Below are positions 1-13,385 of a stretch of 64,000 nt of DNA, one piece after another; the stretch's first letter is position 1, and every line of letters begins with the position of its first letter. The notes below the pieces were generated by a model that saw nothing but the letters and a program-made list of their open reading frames with translations, was not told the origin of the DNA and ran no database searches. Both the position numbers and the translations under genes were made by a program. The DNA is from Pristiophorus japonicus (lineage: Eukaryota), in assembly GCF_044704955.1 (NCBI RefSeq), contig NC_091992.1, positions 116,002,001-116,066,000 on the forward strand. The letters run 5' to 3'.

Positions 1-149
1 CAAAACTTGGGCTGGGCGGTTCCAGTAACACATTCTAGAGAAACTTCAGGGTGTGGCTTATCCTCCAAGGGGACCAATCAGCAAGAGGTCATGTGATGAT
101 GGAGAGCCAATCAGAGACAACATGGGCAGTACAAATAGACGGATCCTCG

Positions 150-240
150 GATTAACGTCTCAATCGAAAGACAGCACCTCCAACAATGTAGTGCTCCCTC
201 AGCACTGCACTGGAGTGTCAGCCTAGATTCTTGTGCTCAA
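150..240 (-). mobile_element. tRNA-derived SINE fragment (same family as 19056-19452)
   Basis: Reverse complement resembles the SINE body at 19130-19200 (gacagcacctccaacaatgtagtgctccctcagcactgcactggagtgtcagcctaga). Confidence 0.6.
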
Positions 241-379
241 GTAATATAAACTTTAAAGTGGAACAGATTAACTAAACCTAAAAATGGCAGCACAAGAAGG
301 GAGAATGATGTGTCATTCCATCAAGATTGGTGAGTTTTGAGGGAATAGTATTTAAAAAAAAATCATAGAATAAAAACAT

Positions 380-2468
380 AAAACATGAATTGCAATGCGC
401 AGAGTGTGGGAATTAACTGGAAACAATTATCTTACAGGAAGATTTCGACTGGACTGTAAACTGGACAAGAATGGAAAATAAACATATCAGGATATAGGAG
501 GGATAGAACAGACAAGACAGGAGGTGGAGTGGCAATATTGGTGAAAGAGGGAATATTTGCGTAGCGAGAGTTGATGTAAACAAGAAAGGGGCACAGAATC
601 AATTTGGTCAAAGATAAAGGGTTTGTGACATTAGTAGAAGTTTATCACAGATCTCCAAATTGCGTGAAGAAAATCGAAGAGGAAATCTGTAGTCAGATTA
701 GAGAGTAGGGTTAGGAATAACAAAATTATTGCGCTGAAATATTTTAATTATCTATTTATCAATTGGTACAGAGAGAGGGTAAATGGAGAAGTTGGAATGG
801 AATTTCTAAAATATTTTATATGTATATCAATAAAAGGAGAATTGTTAAAAGGGAGGTGGAGGCCCTGAGAAGAGAACATCGTCAATTTGTAGATGATGAT
901 CAAAAAATGTTCAAGGTATGTAGTAAGAACTTTGCATCAGTCTTTACTAAAGAGAAGGATATCCAGAGAGGAGGTGAATCCTGACATGGCTACGGGTGAG
1001 ATGAGCAATATTATAATGGATAAGAGGAACATTTTAGTTAATTAGGCTTAAGGAAGACAAAACACCAGGTCCCAACAGGATACACTCTAGGGGCCCGAAA
1101 TTGAAGAACTTCCCGCCGACTGCCATCCACTGCCACCAACATTCCTCTCGTCGAACCGCCCAGTGCCACTTTCGATGCGACCTGGAGCGGGCGGAAAGGG
1201 AGAGCCGCCGGGAAGCACCCGCCGACGTCAGCGGACCGCCGAGTTGTGCAACTGACCTCCTGCCCACAGAGCTGCAGCCGGCGGCAGAACGGGGGTGGAC
1301 CACTGGCTGGAGGCTGGTCTGTCCACGACGGTAAATAGGAAGATGGGGAAAAAAAGGTTAGTACACTTTATGTAATTTTTTTCGTTACAGGGACTTAACC
1401 TGGATGGGGTCCCCTGACGGTCTTCAGATGGGTTTATAAATTTTTTTAATGTTTTTGCTTTCCAGCTCTTCGATACTCCATGGGCCCAACTCCATCCTCG
1501 GCGGCACTTAGGCGGCAAACGCCTTTACCGCCCAAGTGCCACTGAGGCTGGAGTCGGGCCCACGGAGGGTCAAAAAACTGAAAAGCAAAAACATTTTTAA
1601 AAATTTTAAACCATCTGAAGACATTCAGGGGACCCCATCCAGGTAAGATGCTGTGAAAATTTCTTTTTTTAAAGTTCACTAACCTTTTTTTCAAGATCTT
1701 CTTACCTACCGTCAGTGACAGACCAGCCTCCAACCAGCGGTCCATCCCCATTGTGGCAACAACTCCCTCCGACTCACAACCGCACCAATCTGGCAGCTTG
1801 GTGGGCGGGAGGTCACTTACACAACTCAGCTGTCCGCTGACATCACCGGGCGCTTCCCGGCGGCTCTCCCCTCCCTCCCGCTCCAGCCCACCTTGAAAGT
1901 GGCATTGGGTGGATCTTGACAAGGAATGTCGGTGGCAGTGGGCGGTAAGGTGATCAAATTCGGGCCCTAGATGTTTGTTGGAGGACTGGAGAGTGGCCAA
2001 TGTAGTACCCATTTTTTTAAAGGGAGACAGTTAACCTGGGTAATTACAGGCCAGTTAGTTTAAGAGCTGTGGTAGGGGAAATGTTAGAGTTTCTAATTAA
2101 GGTTGAAATTAACACATATCCAGATAAAGAGAAAATAGAAAGAGGCAGCAGGGATTTCAAAAGTGCTTGGCAACCTTCATAGAATTCTTTGAGGAGTTGA
2201 TGGTAATAAATGGTAGGTGGGGAAATAGAACAGATGTAGTGTACATGGACTATAGGAAAGTCCTTGACAAGGTACCACATGGAAGGTTGCTACAGAAGAT
2301 TAAGTGGTAAGGAATTGGGGATCAATAATAAACGGGGTTAAAATTGATGAGAAGGGAGAAAGAGAGATTAGGAGTAAAGGGCAGCTTGTCAGAGTGGCTG
2401 GAAGTGGGTAGCAGTGTTCCTCAGGGTTTCGTTCTGGGGCCACCTCTGTTCACAGTGAACATCAACGA
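380..2468 (+). mobile_element. Old, decayed CR1 LINE ORF2 fragments (endonuclease to RT), interrupted by a MITE; resumes at ~3720-4440
   Basis: CR1-like remnants (ggaggtggagtggcaatattggtgaaagag; KIFYMYINKRRIVK..FASVFTKE; gtgttcctcagggtttcgttctggggcc) with many stops. Confidence 0.75.
1091..1967. mobile_element. Palindromic non-autonomous DNA transposon (MITE/foldback, PIF/Harbinger-like)
   Basis: Ends GGGCCCGAAATTGA...TCAAATTCGGGCCC; 3-bp TSD TAG at 1088-1090 and 1968-1970; the two halves are reverse complements meeting at ~1520. Confidence 0.85.
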
Positions 2469-3705
2469 GCAGAGTAGATAAAGGGGAACCAGTGGATGTG
2501 GTGTATTTGGACTTCCAGAAGGCATTTGACAAGGTGCCGAAGGTTAAGATATAAGGTTACTGCAAAAGATAAAAGATCACAGGGTTGGAGGTAATATATT
2601 AGCATGGATAGAGGATTGGCAAATGAACAAAAAACAGAGAGTCGGGATCAATGGTTCATTCTCGGGTTGGCAATCAGTAACCAGTGGGGTGCCGCAGGGA
2701 TTAGTGCTGGTACCCCAACTATTTACAATCTATATTAACGACTTGGAGGAAGGAACTGAGTGTAACGTAGCCAAGTTTGCTGATGATACAAAGGTGGGAG
2801 GAAAAGCAATGTGTGAGGAGGTCACACAAAATCTGCAAAAGGACATAGACAGGCTAAATGAGTGGGCAAAAATTTGGCAGATGGAGTATAATGTTGGAAA
2901 GTGTGAGGTCATGCACTTTGGCAGAAAAAAAATCAAAGAGCAAGTTATTATTTAAATGGAGAAAGATTGCAAAGTACAGCGGTACAGCGGGACCTGGGGG
3001 TATTTGTGCATGAACACAAAAGGTTAGTATGCAGGTACAGCAAGCTATCAGGAAGGCCAATGGAATCTTGGCCTTTATTGCAAAGAGGATGGAGTATAAA
3101 AGCATGGAAGTCTTGCTACAGTTGTACAGGGTATTGGTGAGGCCACACCTAGAATACTGCGTGCAGTTTTGGTTTCAATATTTACAAAAGAATATACTTG
3201 CTTTAAAGGCAGTTCAGAGAAGGTTCACAAGGTTGATTCCAGAGATGAGGGGGTTGACTTATGAGGAAAGGTTGAGTAGATTGGGCCTGTACTCATTGGA
3301 ATTCAGAAGAATGAGAGGTGATCTTATCCAAACGTATAAGATTATGAGGGGGCTTGACAAGGTGGATGCAGAGAGGATGTTTCCGCTGATAAGGGAAACG
3401 AGAACTAGAGGGCAAAATCTTAGAATAAAAGGCTGCCCATTTAAAACTGAGATGAGGAGAAATTTCTTTGAGGGTGTGGATCTGTGAAATTCGCAGCCTC
3501 AGAGAGCTGTGGAAGCTGGCACATTGAATAAATTTAAGACAGAAATAGACAGTTTCTTAAACGATAATGGGTTTAGGGGTAATGGGGAGTGGACAGGGAA
3601 GTGGATCTGAGTCCATGATCAGATCAACCATGATCGTATTGCATGGCGGAGCAGGCTCAAGGGGCCGTATGACCTTCTCCTGCTCCTATTTCTTATGTTA
3701 TTTCT
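2469..3705 (+). mobile_element. Younger 5'-truncated CR1 LINE (RT C-terminal half and 3' UTR) nested in the older CR1
   Basis: ORFs 2623-2955 (GVPQG..FADDTK) and 3029-3487 (LVRPHLEYCVQFW..RRMRGDLI); 3' end cctatttcttatgtt. Confidence 0.92.
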
Positions 3706-3719
3706 TATTTGCATACAGG

Positions 3720-4440
3720 CCTAGAAGGAGTAGATCTGTAAATGATACCAACATAGGAGGTACAATTAATTCTTTAGACGACCAAATGAAACTACAAAGG
3801 GACATTGGTAATATGGGGCAACGGGCTAAAAAGTGGCAGATGGAATTTGATGTCAGTGTAAGGGGGAAGTGAACAGCAGTAATTATACTCTGCGCTAAGT
3901 TTAGTGCTGTGGAAGAGGAGAGGAACTTGGGGGTTATAGGGTTACAGGACATTAAAGGCAGCACCTCAAGTTGATAAGGCAATAAAGGACAATAATGGAA
4001 TTCTTGGTTTCATCACAAGAGTAAAGAATATAAAAGCCAAGAGGTAATGATGACCTCAGTTTGATATTGTCGGCAGTATTGGGCACGGTGCTATCGGAAG
4101 AATATTGAGACACTGCAAACAGATCCACTGGGATGCTGCCTTGTCTGAAGAAATACAACTGCGAAGGAAGACGTGAAAAATCTATTTTTTCTTTTGTGTT
4201 AGAACAATGTAGGTTAAAAGGCAATATAATAGAAATGTTTGCAGTTATGAAAGGGTGGGAGCACGTAGATAGAAGCAGGCTGTTCCCAGTTGTTGGGGGA
4301 TCGAACACGAGGAGCCACAGATACAAGATTAAACGCCGCAGATTTAGAACAGAAAGCTAGAAACACACAGCATAGTGAGGCTGTGGGACTCACTTCCGGG
4401 ATTAGTGGTTGAGGCAGAAACTGTGTCAAGGTTAGATTGG
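3720..4440 (+). mobile_element. Continuation of the old CR1 (3' part)
   Basis: DTNIGG..KLQRDI..KWQMEF and RLKGNIIE..LFPVVGGSNTRSH remnants. Confidence 0.7.
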
Positions 4441-4450
4441 ATATGTGGAT

Positions 4451-4665
4451 TGTTATGTATTTAACCCCTTGTAACCTGCATCACACCTGACCACCAGAGA
4501 GCCTACCTGTTGCAGTCCCAAGGGATCCCAGCATCTCTTGGGAGCACAATATATAAGTAGGTCACCGTCGAGGTATCTGCATTCTGGAATCTTAATAAAG
4601 GACCTAAGGTCACACTTGCTCATTACACACAGGACTCAGTCTGACCATTTACTTTGAGTGTAACA
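4451..4665 (+). mobile_element. Solo LTR (LTR retrotransposon)
   Basis: TGTTA...TAACA termini, TATATAA and AATAAA inside, core gtcccaagggatcccagcatc shared with 27606-27817; no clear TSD. Confidence 0.7.
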
Positions 4666-6094
4666 ATTTATTTGTGTCTGCGGAACGGCTTAATCGTTTC
4701 CTGCATCTCCACTGGGACACTGGATGGATGAAGGTAAAAGGTGTGTAAATGCTGACATGGACTGGTTGGGCCGAATGTTTCCGTGTTATCACTTCTATGT
4801 ATTTCCATGAAGCCTAAAGTCTGAACATCAATCCAAATGACAAGGCCTCCATCCACTTCTGCTTGGGTTAGATTGAGAGGTGATAACATGTTATTTTGAT
4901 GCAGCGGCCACGTGGTTCCCAATGTAAAGAATGCCACAGAATTCACACAAGACTTCTTCAGGTTTAAAATTATTCGCACTTTTAATGTACAAAACTGCAA
5001 CAATATCGAGTTAAATACAGATGAGGAGGGAACACATCACATCTTGGGTACAGGTAACATGGTGGTATCTTTAAAATGAAAAAAACAAGACGCACACTCA
5101 AACCATGTTAATAAACAGTTGTTGGGTAGCAAGCAAACATTTTTCAGACCACAACAGCCAGTTGAACACTTTTGTCTCTTCCCCCACCTCAGTTATTAAT
5201 TTATGTCAAAAAGATGAAAAAGAATTGAAAACTTCACTCCATCCAGAGCTGGAAAACTTCGACTGACTCACGGCGGCAGCTCATTGAAAAGTCCAAAGCT
5301 TGAAGCCCTTCAGCTCACAATTGTGATTGTCCAGAAGCTCTTGGGTCGATACCATGGGGCCAATTTTCGAAGCACTCCTTGTTGGAGGCCGTTTACAGCT
5401 CCCGGGTGCCTCACAATCAGCCCGGTGAATCTTTTCTACAATACATTATTCGGCGATATGGATGAAAAGTTGCAGGGACGTTTGTGGTCTGGAGAGCAAT
5501 ACATGACATTCCATTCTTAAACTCGCCCACTGTCATCAGGAACATGGATATTGCTTTGGATTCAGAACTTTGCCAAACGGAAACATTGCAGAGACTGACC
5601 AGGGCAAAGTGAAGGGGCGGGGGCGCTGTGCAATCGCTCAATGATGCATCCAAGCCTACAATGTTAATGCGTTTCGCCATTATTAAATTATAATTTCTTA
5701 AACTGGCCTGTGTATTTTCAAGTCTGTAATCGTTGGTTGAGATTCTGGACAGTTCACTCTTGTGCGGCGTGCATCATCAGAGTTCAGTGTACATATATAT
5801 ATACGTATATGTATCTGACTGCAGCGGGAAAAGTTTCTCTCTACCTACTCTATCAATATCCTAACTTTTTTTGCAAATCAACATGGGATGTGAACAGATT
5901 AGAATTCATTCCCAAACTTTTGAAAATTGAGCCGAAAGTTCTTTCAGTTGAGAATTGGCCTTTGAATTCTTCTATTGCCTCTTGTTGACTTCAAATCGAA
6001 TTACTGGAGGTGTTTGTGAATGATAATTTGCAAGTGCCATGAAGGTGACATTATATTGGTTAAGCCCTCCACCCTGAAAATCAGTACTTGCAAT

Positions 6095-6112
6095 TGTGTG
6101 TGTGTGTGTGTG
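6095..6112. repeat. (TG)9 microsatellite
   Basis: tgtgtgtgtgtgtgtgtg seen directly. Confidence 0.95.
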
Positions 6113-6954
6113 CAAAGAAATATTTATATTTGTGTAGGCCCTTATCAGATCCCGCAGGAATGTCTCAAAGTGTTTTCAAGGTAAAAAGCACTTTCCTTTT
6201 GAAAATAAGTTAAGGATACAGGAATCTAAATCCTAAAATTGTTTGGCATCTCATTGCTGTTGGTCATCACAAATGTACTGTGAAAATTAGCACACAAATG
6301 TACTACACAATCCTGTAAACTACTTGTCCTGGGTTTTAAGTAATATAAATAATCTGATTTATGTAAATGAGCAATGATGATGTAATATAAAAGCATTCGA
6401 CTCGCCAGGGTCAGGTATTTCACATACACAATACCAGAAACAATCTCTTAATTTGCAAACACTGAAGTGAGAAGGCATTCATACATTTGATTGTCACTAG
6501 CCCCCAAGGGATCTTACAAAAATAAATAAAAGTAACATAACCAACTCTATATCAAACTGTTACCAATTTTATAGATTACAATTCTTGTCTTTATCACAAA
6601 AGTAGCTAATTTAAATGAAGGTGCATTATCCAAACAGGAACATAGATGCTAAATTAAAAAAACATAGTAAAACATTTATTTTGCAGCTCACCTAACCTCC
6701 TGTTTCTGTAAGGTGTAAAGCTCTCTATCCCAATTATGCAAACTTTCTTAATCATTCACTCACCCATCAATTCACGAGCACACTTTAAGTACAGATACTT
6801 AAAGTTGAAATGATAATGTACAATCACACATACATCTGAAACCAGAAAGCTCAAGTGATAGACTGAGTTATTTCTGTAACTGAAAAATGAATGCAGTTTA
6901 ATGGCACCTATCACAGGAACAAATCTATCGATCTCCGGTTTAAAATTATAAATA

Positions 6955-7066
6955 AAAGAAAAAGAAAGAAAAACTTGCATTTATATAGCGCCTTTCATGA
7001 CCACCGGACGTCCCAAAGCCTTTACAGTCAACAAAGTACTTTTTGAGATATAGTCACAGTTGTAGG
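6955..7066 (-). mobile_element. SINE 3' tail fragment
   Basis: Reverse complement of the tail seen at 42650-42750 (gctatataaatgcaagt..tctttctttt). Confidence 0.7.
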
Positions 7067-9040
7067 AAATTAAGCTAGCATTTACTGCTTTTTGTGGCCG
7101 AAATTTCCTCACTTCTACCACCCTTTGCGTGAAGACGTGTTTCCTAACTTCACTCCTGAATGGCCTGGCTCTGATTTTAAGGTTATGTCCCCTTGTCCTA
7201 GAGTCTCCCACCAGTGGAAAAAGTTTCTCTCTATCTACTCTAGCAATTCCATTCAAAATCCTATTGCCCACAATCAAATAACCCCGTAACCTTCTATATT
7301 CCAGGAAATACAAGTTTATGTAATCCCTCCTCATAATTTAACCTTTGGAGCCTTGGTAACTTCTGGTGAATTTGCGTTGCAGTCTTTCCAAGGGCAACAT
7401 ATCCTTTCTAAGGTGTGGTGCCCAGAACAGTACACAGTGATCAGTAACCAGGGCTTTGTACAGCTGTAGCATAACTTCCTCCCCTTTATATTCTAGCCCT
7501 CATGTTATAAAGGATAATATTCCATTAACTTTTTTAATTATTTTTTGTAGCTGACTACTCGATATTAGAGATGTGTACATGGGCCTCTAAATCTTTTTCG
7601 ACCTCCACCATTCCTAGATTTTAATCATTTAAAAAATATTTAGATCTATCTTCTTTCGGTCCAAACTGGATGACCTCATGCTTACCTGCATGAGATCCAT
7701 CTGCCAAGGTTTTGCCCATTCATTTCATCTATCAATGTCTCGTAATTTTATGCTCCTGTCTACACTACTTACTACGCCACCAATCTTTGTGTCATCGACA
7801 AACTTGGATATATGGCTCTCTATTGTGTTATCTAAGTCATTAATAAATAGAGTAAATAGTTGAGGCCCCAGCACAGATCCCTGTGCAACACCAATAGTCA
7901 CTTCCTTCCAATTAGAGTACATACCCATTATTCCTACTCTCTGTCTTCCACCACCAAACCAATCTCCTAACCAGGTCAAAAATTTTCATTCAATTCCATA
8001 GCTTTAATTTTAGCTAATAGTTTCTTATGTGGAACCTTCTGGAAGTCCATACAAATGACATTCATAGATATTCCCCGTCTACCACTTTAGTTACTTCAAA
8101 TTTCTCTGAGTGCTCAGTCACTCTGCCCATAATTATAGATTCCAATCATCATAGGCAGTCCCTCAAAATCGAGGAAGACTTGCTTCCACTCTAAAAGTGA
8201 GTTCTCAAGTGACTGTACAGTCCAATATGGGAATTACAGTCTCTGTCACAGGTGGGACAGACAGTGGTTGAAGGAAAGGGTGGGTGGGGAGTCTGGTTTG
8301 CCGCACGCTCCTTCTGCTGTCAGCGCTTGGTTTCTGCATGCTCTCGGCAACGAGACTCGAGGTGCTCAGCGCCCTCCCGGATGCTCTTCCTCCATTTAGA
8401 GCAGCCTTTGGCCAGGGATTCCCAGGTGCTGGTGGGGATGTTGCACTTTATCAAGGAGGCTTTGAGGGTGTCCTTGAAACATTTCCTCTGCCCGTGTAGG
8501 AGTTCTGAGTAGAGCGCTTGCTTTGGGAGTCTCATTTCGGGCATGCAGACAATGTGGCCTGCCCAACGGAGCTGGTCGAGTGTGGTCAGTGCTTCGATGC
8601 TGGGCATGTTGGCCTGATCGAGAACACTGACGTTGGTGCATCTATCTTCCCAGTGGATTTGCAGGATCTTGTGGAGGCTGCGCTGATGGTATTTCTCCAG
8701 CGCTTTGAAGTGTCTACTGTATATGGTCCACGTCTCTGAGCCATATAGGAGGGCGGGTATCACTACTGCCCTCTAGACCATAAGCTTGGTGTCAGATTTT
8801 CCCACAACAGATGTTAGACTAACAGGACTATAATTTCCTGGTTTCTCTCTCAACTTCCTTACATAATGGAGTTACAATTGTAATTTCCCAATCTAAAGGG
8901 ACACTTTGTGAATCGAGAGAGCTTTGGAAGATTGTGGCTAATGCATCTGCAATTTCCTCACCTACTTCCTTTAAAACCCTGCGGTGAAAACCATCCGGTC
9001 CTGGGGATTTGTCAGTCTTTAGTGCCATTATTTTTTTCTA
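7067..9040 (-). mobile_element. CR1 LINE fragment split by an RTE insertion
   Basis: ORFs 6981-7334 (RRLRGYLI..LFPLVGDSRTRGH), 7725-7979 (GVAQGSVLGPQLF..FVDDTK), 8828-9028 (KSPGPDGFH). Confidence 0.88.
8146..8797 (-). mobile_element. RTE-clade LINE 3' end
   Basis: ORF 8320-8763 LLYGSETWT..QLRWAGHI..RLPKQALYSEL is the typical RTE RT C-terminus; short (GAT)n tail near 8146. Confidence 0.9.
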
Positions 9041-10609
9041 ATACTGTTTCTTGCTTGCGTTATCTTTAGTGAGTTCCAATTCTTGATAATGTTGTTGGGA
9101 ATAGGTCTGTATTGTAAATGTTATGCTGTGAAACCCTATTTGTATCAGTATGGTTAATTATATAGGGGGAAAAAAAATGAAATGCAATCTCCAAGTGGTT
9201 AAGATGACATCCCATGACACTTTTGTGGTTTACATTTGTTAACCTGAATCCTCTGATTGATTTATGTGAAGTCACTTAGATGTGCCTTTTATTGTTACAA
9301 TATTGAAAACATGTCTTTGTTACTACATTTGGTTTAAGGATAGCACATGACAAATACTGCATTTATAATGTAGGATATGCATTATTTCTATGGCGTTTGT
9401 GAGAGTAAATGATTGGAGAATTGAATACCTTGTATGTATAGCGAGTATAATGACTGGGTGCTGTGAAAGACTCATAACTCATAACCACAGCATTTATGAC
9501 TGGCTGTTAACAAACCATCAGACGGCAGTACAATAAAACCCATCTCGACTGAGCACCTAATGATAGTCTCAGCACTAAACTATTTCAAGGCGAGACAGAA
9601 GTTGGTTATTATAGGGTTATAGTCTATCATTGTATCGGATTGATTCCATGGATAATTAATTTGAAAGTTTTAAATATATTCTAGAATGTTAATTCTGCAG
9701 TGACCTGTGGCACAGGACAGCAATCATACCTGTGGAACAAATATGTAATAATGAGACTTAAGGATTCAGTTGGACATTGTTGCTCTCAAGTTTGCTTTTA
9801 GGAAAATCTAAACTGTAACAGAGTCATGTTGTAATGTAGCAAAATAGAAAGTGAAAACATCCCACACAATACAATTTGTAAATTTTTTTCATTCTCTAAC
9901 AAATCTCAAAGACGCGGTGAGAAATAGTGGGGAAACTTTGTCCATGTGAAACATGTGTCTGTATTTTTAAGATTTGTGTGTTAAGAGCTATGAACATTGT
10001 TACAGGCACAGGTAATACATTTGCTTTTATAGATTATATAATTTGGTATTTGAGAACTTCAATATTATTTCTGCAGCAAAATCAGAAATCTTTAGTACAA
10101 GATTACAGATTTTTAGTTGACTTGAAAATGTCAAATTAACAAAACCATTATTCTGTGCATTTCCCTTATCAAAATCCCATGTAATACTTGAAGATACAGA
10201 AAACCTCAGTCGTTCAAAAAAAGATTTTTCTTTCATCTATATTTAAAAATCGAAAACCTTTCCTCAATGGTCAACATGAGAGAGGATTCCACTGTAGCTG
10301 TAAGAAATATATTCACTTTCTCAATGGAACTCCTTCTCAATTTATCTTTGGCACGTTATTAGCACAGTTCTCACTCTTTATGTACCTGTTCTGAAATATT
10401 GCTCTTCCAGTTCTAGCTGTCAAATGTCTTCTAAAGACTTGGGATGATGTTACACTCTTCCAGACTCTCATAATGACAACCAGAATATTTTTTTTATATC
10501 AACACACAGTACTTCACTTATAATACATTGAATTTCTATTAAAAGAAACAAAAGCTGTTGCACAGTATTTGCAATACCTGATATTTTTTATAGGAACGTG
10601 TACACCTTT

Positions 10610-11100
10610 GTTAGTTCAGAGTGTGATGGAATACTCTCCACTTGGTTGGATGAGTGCAGCTCCAACAACACTCAAGAAGCTCAACACCATCCAGGACAAA
10701 GCAACCCACTTGATTGTCACTCCCTCCAACACCGGCGTACCGTGGCTGCAGTGTGTATCACCTGCAAGATGCACTGCAGCAACTCACCAAGGCTTCTTCG
10801 GCAGAGCCTCCCAAACCCGCGATCTCTACCACCTAGAAGGATAAGGGCAACAGGCGCATGGGAACACCACCACCTGCAAGTTCCTCTCCAAGTTACACAC
10901 CACCCTGACTTGGAAATGTATCGCCGTTCCTTCATCGTCACTGGGTCAAATTCCTGGAACTCCCTCCCTATAACTGTGGGAGTTCCTTCATCACACGGAC
11001 TGCAGTGGTTCAAGAAGACGGCTCAACACCAACTTCTCAAGGGCGATTAGGGATGGGCAATAAATGCTGCCCTTGCCAGCGACGCCCGCATCCCAGAAAC
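10610..11100 (+). mobile_element. LINE 3' end fragment (CR1-group), frameshifted
   Basis: VQSVMEYSPLGWMSAAPTTLKKLNTIQDKA and ..RSFIVTGSNSWNSLP; tail gggcgattagggatgggcaataaatgc. Confidence 0.75.
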
Positions 11101-12969
11101 AAATTTTTAAAGAAGAATTGGTACAATTGCGACAAGCAATGTAGTAAAGGTTGCCTGGTGATGTGCTAATATTAAATGCTGGGGAACAAATTTACTTTGA
11201 TCCAAATTTCTGAGTTGGCTGTGGAGTGTGTAAATTTCAACCATTCTCATTGCCAAATCCAAATATTACAACCTTGATATACAACTCAAAATTGGAGTGG
11301 TTATGACCCCTCTTTCCTAGCACAGGTAAATATGTATATTGCCCGATTAAGGGCAATAATCTCCTCCTAATCGATGTGGGAGAAAGATGTTGGAAAGATT
11401 TAGAACTGTTCCATTCTCTGGTTTTGGGTAATAGACGTTTCCAGACGAAATTGAATATTTGTTTGAAACTGCATCTTTATTAGCTTCCATAGCTATGAAA
11501 TGCTGTATACTTGTTATTTTTTAATTACTAAACAATCATGTATGGTCTGGAAACTTGTTGAAGTGAGGAGACTGTATTACTATTGCGACCACTGAACTTT
11601 TTGAAATGCCCTCAAATGGGTTAAGGGTAAATTAATGCCGCTGTTTTAAATTGGAAAAAAAACGCACTGATCTGTTAATAATGTTATTCCATTGAGGAAT
11701 TTGGCATTGTAGATGATAAAATTATTATTCCTGAAATAAAGTTATGATTATTCCACTGCTAACAGGACCAATGGCCCACACAGATTCTTTCTGTGCTGTA
11801 ATTTCCAAGATCCTATAAAACTGCCAACTAAAAACGTACGAATTTGTAAAAGTGTTGTTAAATTCTGATTATCACTCCGGCTGCCTGCCAAGGATTCCAT
11901 TTTCAATGTAAATGGCTACGGCTGCATGCTTTTGGCAGCTGACAGTCTGATCTCAATTGTCAGTGTATGGACAAGCACAGATGTAATAAGCTTCCAGTTA
12001 GGTCTTTCCCTCTACCAGACCTGATGGATGGTGGAAGCAGTTGCGACCACCTGTACTGAGGGTGTACCTCAGAAGGAATGAAGGTGAACTGGAAATAAAA
12101 AAAATAAAATAAATAACATTTATTTGTCCAACCATAACTGTTAGCAAATAAGTCTTGTCTCACCTACAGATTGACTAGGTCCATGCAAAAATATAATTTA
12201 ATATAGTTAAAAAACACTTCACATCTCTGCACCAACAAAAAGCTTAAGTCTCAAGATTAGAGAAGCATCCCTGCAGTATCAGTGACCTTAATTACCACCA
12301 CAATCTGTCATGAAACTGAACAAAAGCTTCAGTGGACTCAGTTGAAATAGTTTGGCACTCTACAGTGAAGATTGTTACGAGAATTCATGATACATCTAAT
12401 CATTAGTAGCCATTGACGAAATGAGATTTTTTTTTCTCCAAGATGGACTACAACCCAATTCTGTCAGCAAAAAAAAATCAAGCTTTAAAACTGCATTCCA
12501 CCAAAGTGTGTTAACCAATATCATTTTTCATATCCAAGCTAAATGCGCTGTGTGCCAGTACTGTACACAAGAGCATTGTTTTGTCTTTACTTTGTGCGGT
12601 TGTAGAATTTACAATAGTTTAAAAGTTGAAGCACCATGACCTTTGTAAGAAAGCAATAAATATGGAAAAGCAAGTTTTTGAATAGTGGAGCATTAGACGG
12701 GGAAGAACATGTTCTTAAAAGGTAGTAGAACTTTGAATTTAATTTAATTTAATTGAATGTTAACACGCGCTGGGGACACTGTCTGGGGACCAAAGTTGCG
12801 ATTGGAAGGCTCCGAAACTCAACAAAATGTCTCTAACCAGCAGTAATAAAAAGCATGTCCATTAGATTTCTTGAAAATCTTTCATTTTTTTTGTGTTATC
12901 ATTGTTATAAGTAAGTAATTTAAATAATCTTATTAACTAATTTGAAATTCATATGTACTATCATTTTCC

Positions 12970-13385
12970 ACTTCAAATCCCACCACGGCAGCTGGGGGAA
13001 TTTAAATTCAGTTAAATAAATCTGGAGTTAAAAAAGCTAGTATCAGTAATGGTGACCATGAAACTACCGGATTGTTGTAAAAACCCACCTGGTTCACTAA
13101 TGTCCTTTTAGGGAAGGAAATCTACCATCCTTACCCGGTCTGGCCTATATGTGACTCCAGACCCACAGCAATGTGGTTGACTCTAACTGCCCTTTGACAT
13201 GGCCGAGCAAGCTACTCAGTTGTACCAAACCGCAATGACAAAGTCACTGTCGAAGTACCTTCACCAAAAGGACTGCAGCGATTCAAGAAGGCAGCTCACC
13301 ACCACCTTCTCAAGGGCAATTAGGGATGGCCAATAAATGCTGGTTTTGCCGGTGATGCCCACATCTCATTAACGATAAATTTAAA
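12970..13385 (+). mobile_element. SINE (5'-truncated), possibly Nin-domain type, with a LINE-derived tail
   Basis: B-box remnant ttcaaatccc; core gtaaaaacccacctggttcactaatgtccttttagggaagg recalled as a conserved SINE domain (not verified); tail matches 10975-11095. Confidence 0.65.

Noticed and set aside
1034-2012. Similar ORFs on opposite strands (1101-1334 and 1446-2012)
   Set aside because: A consequence of the palindromic MITE, not genes.
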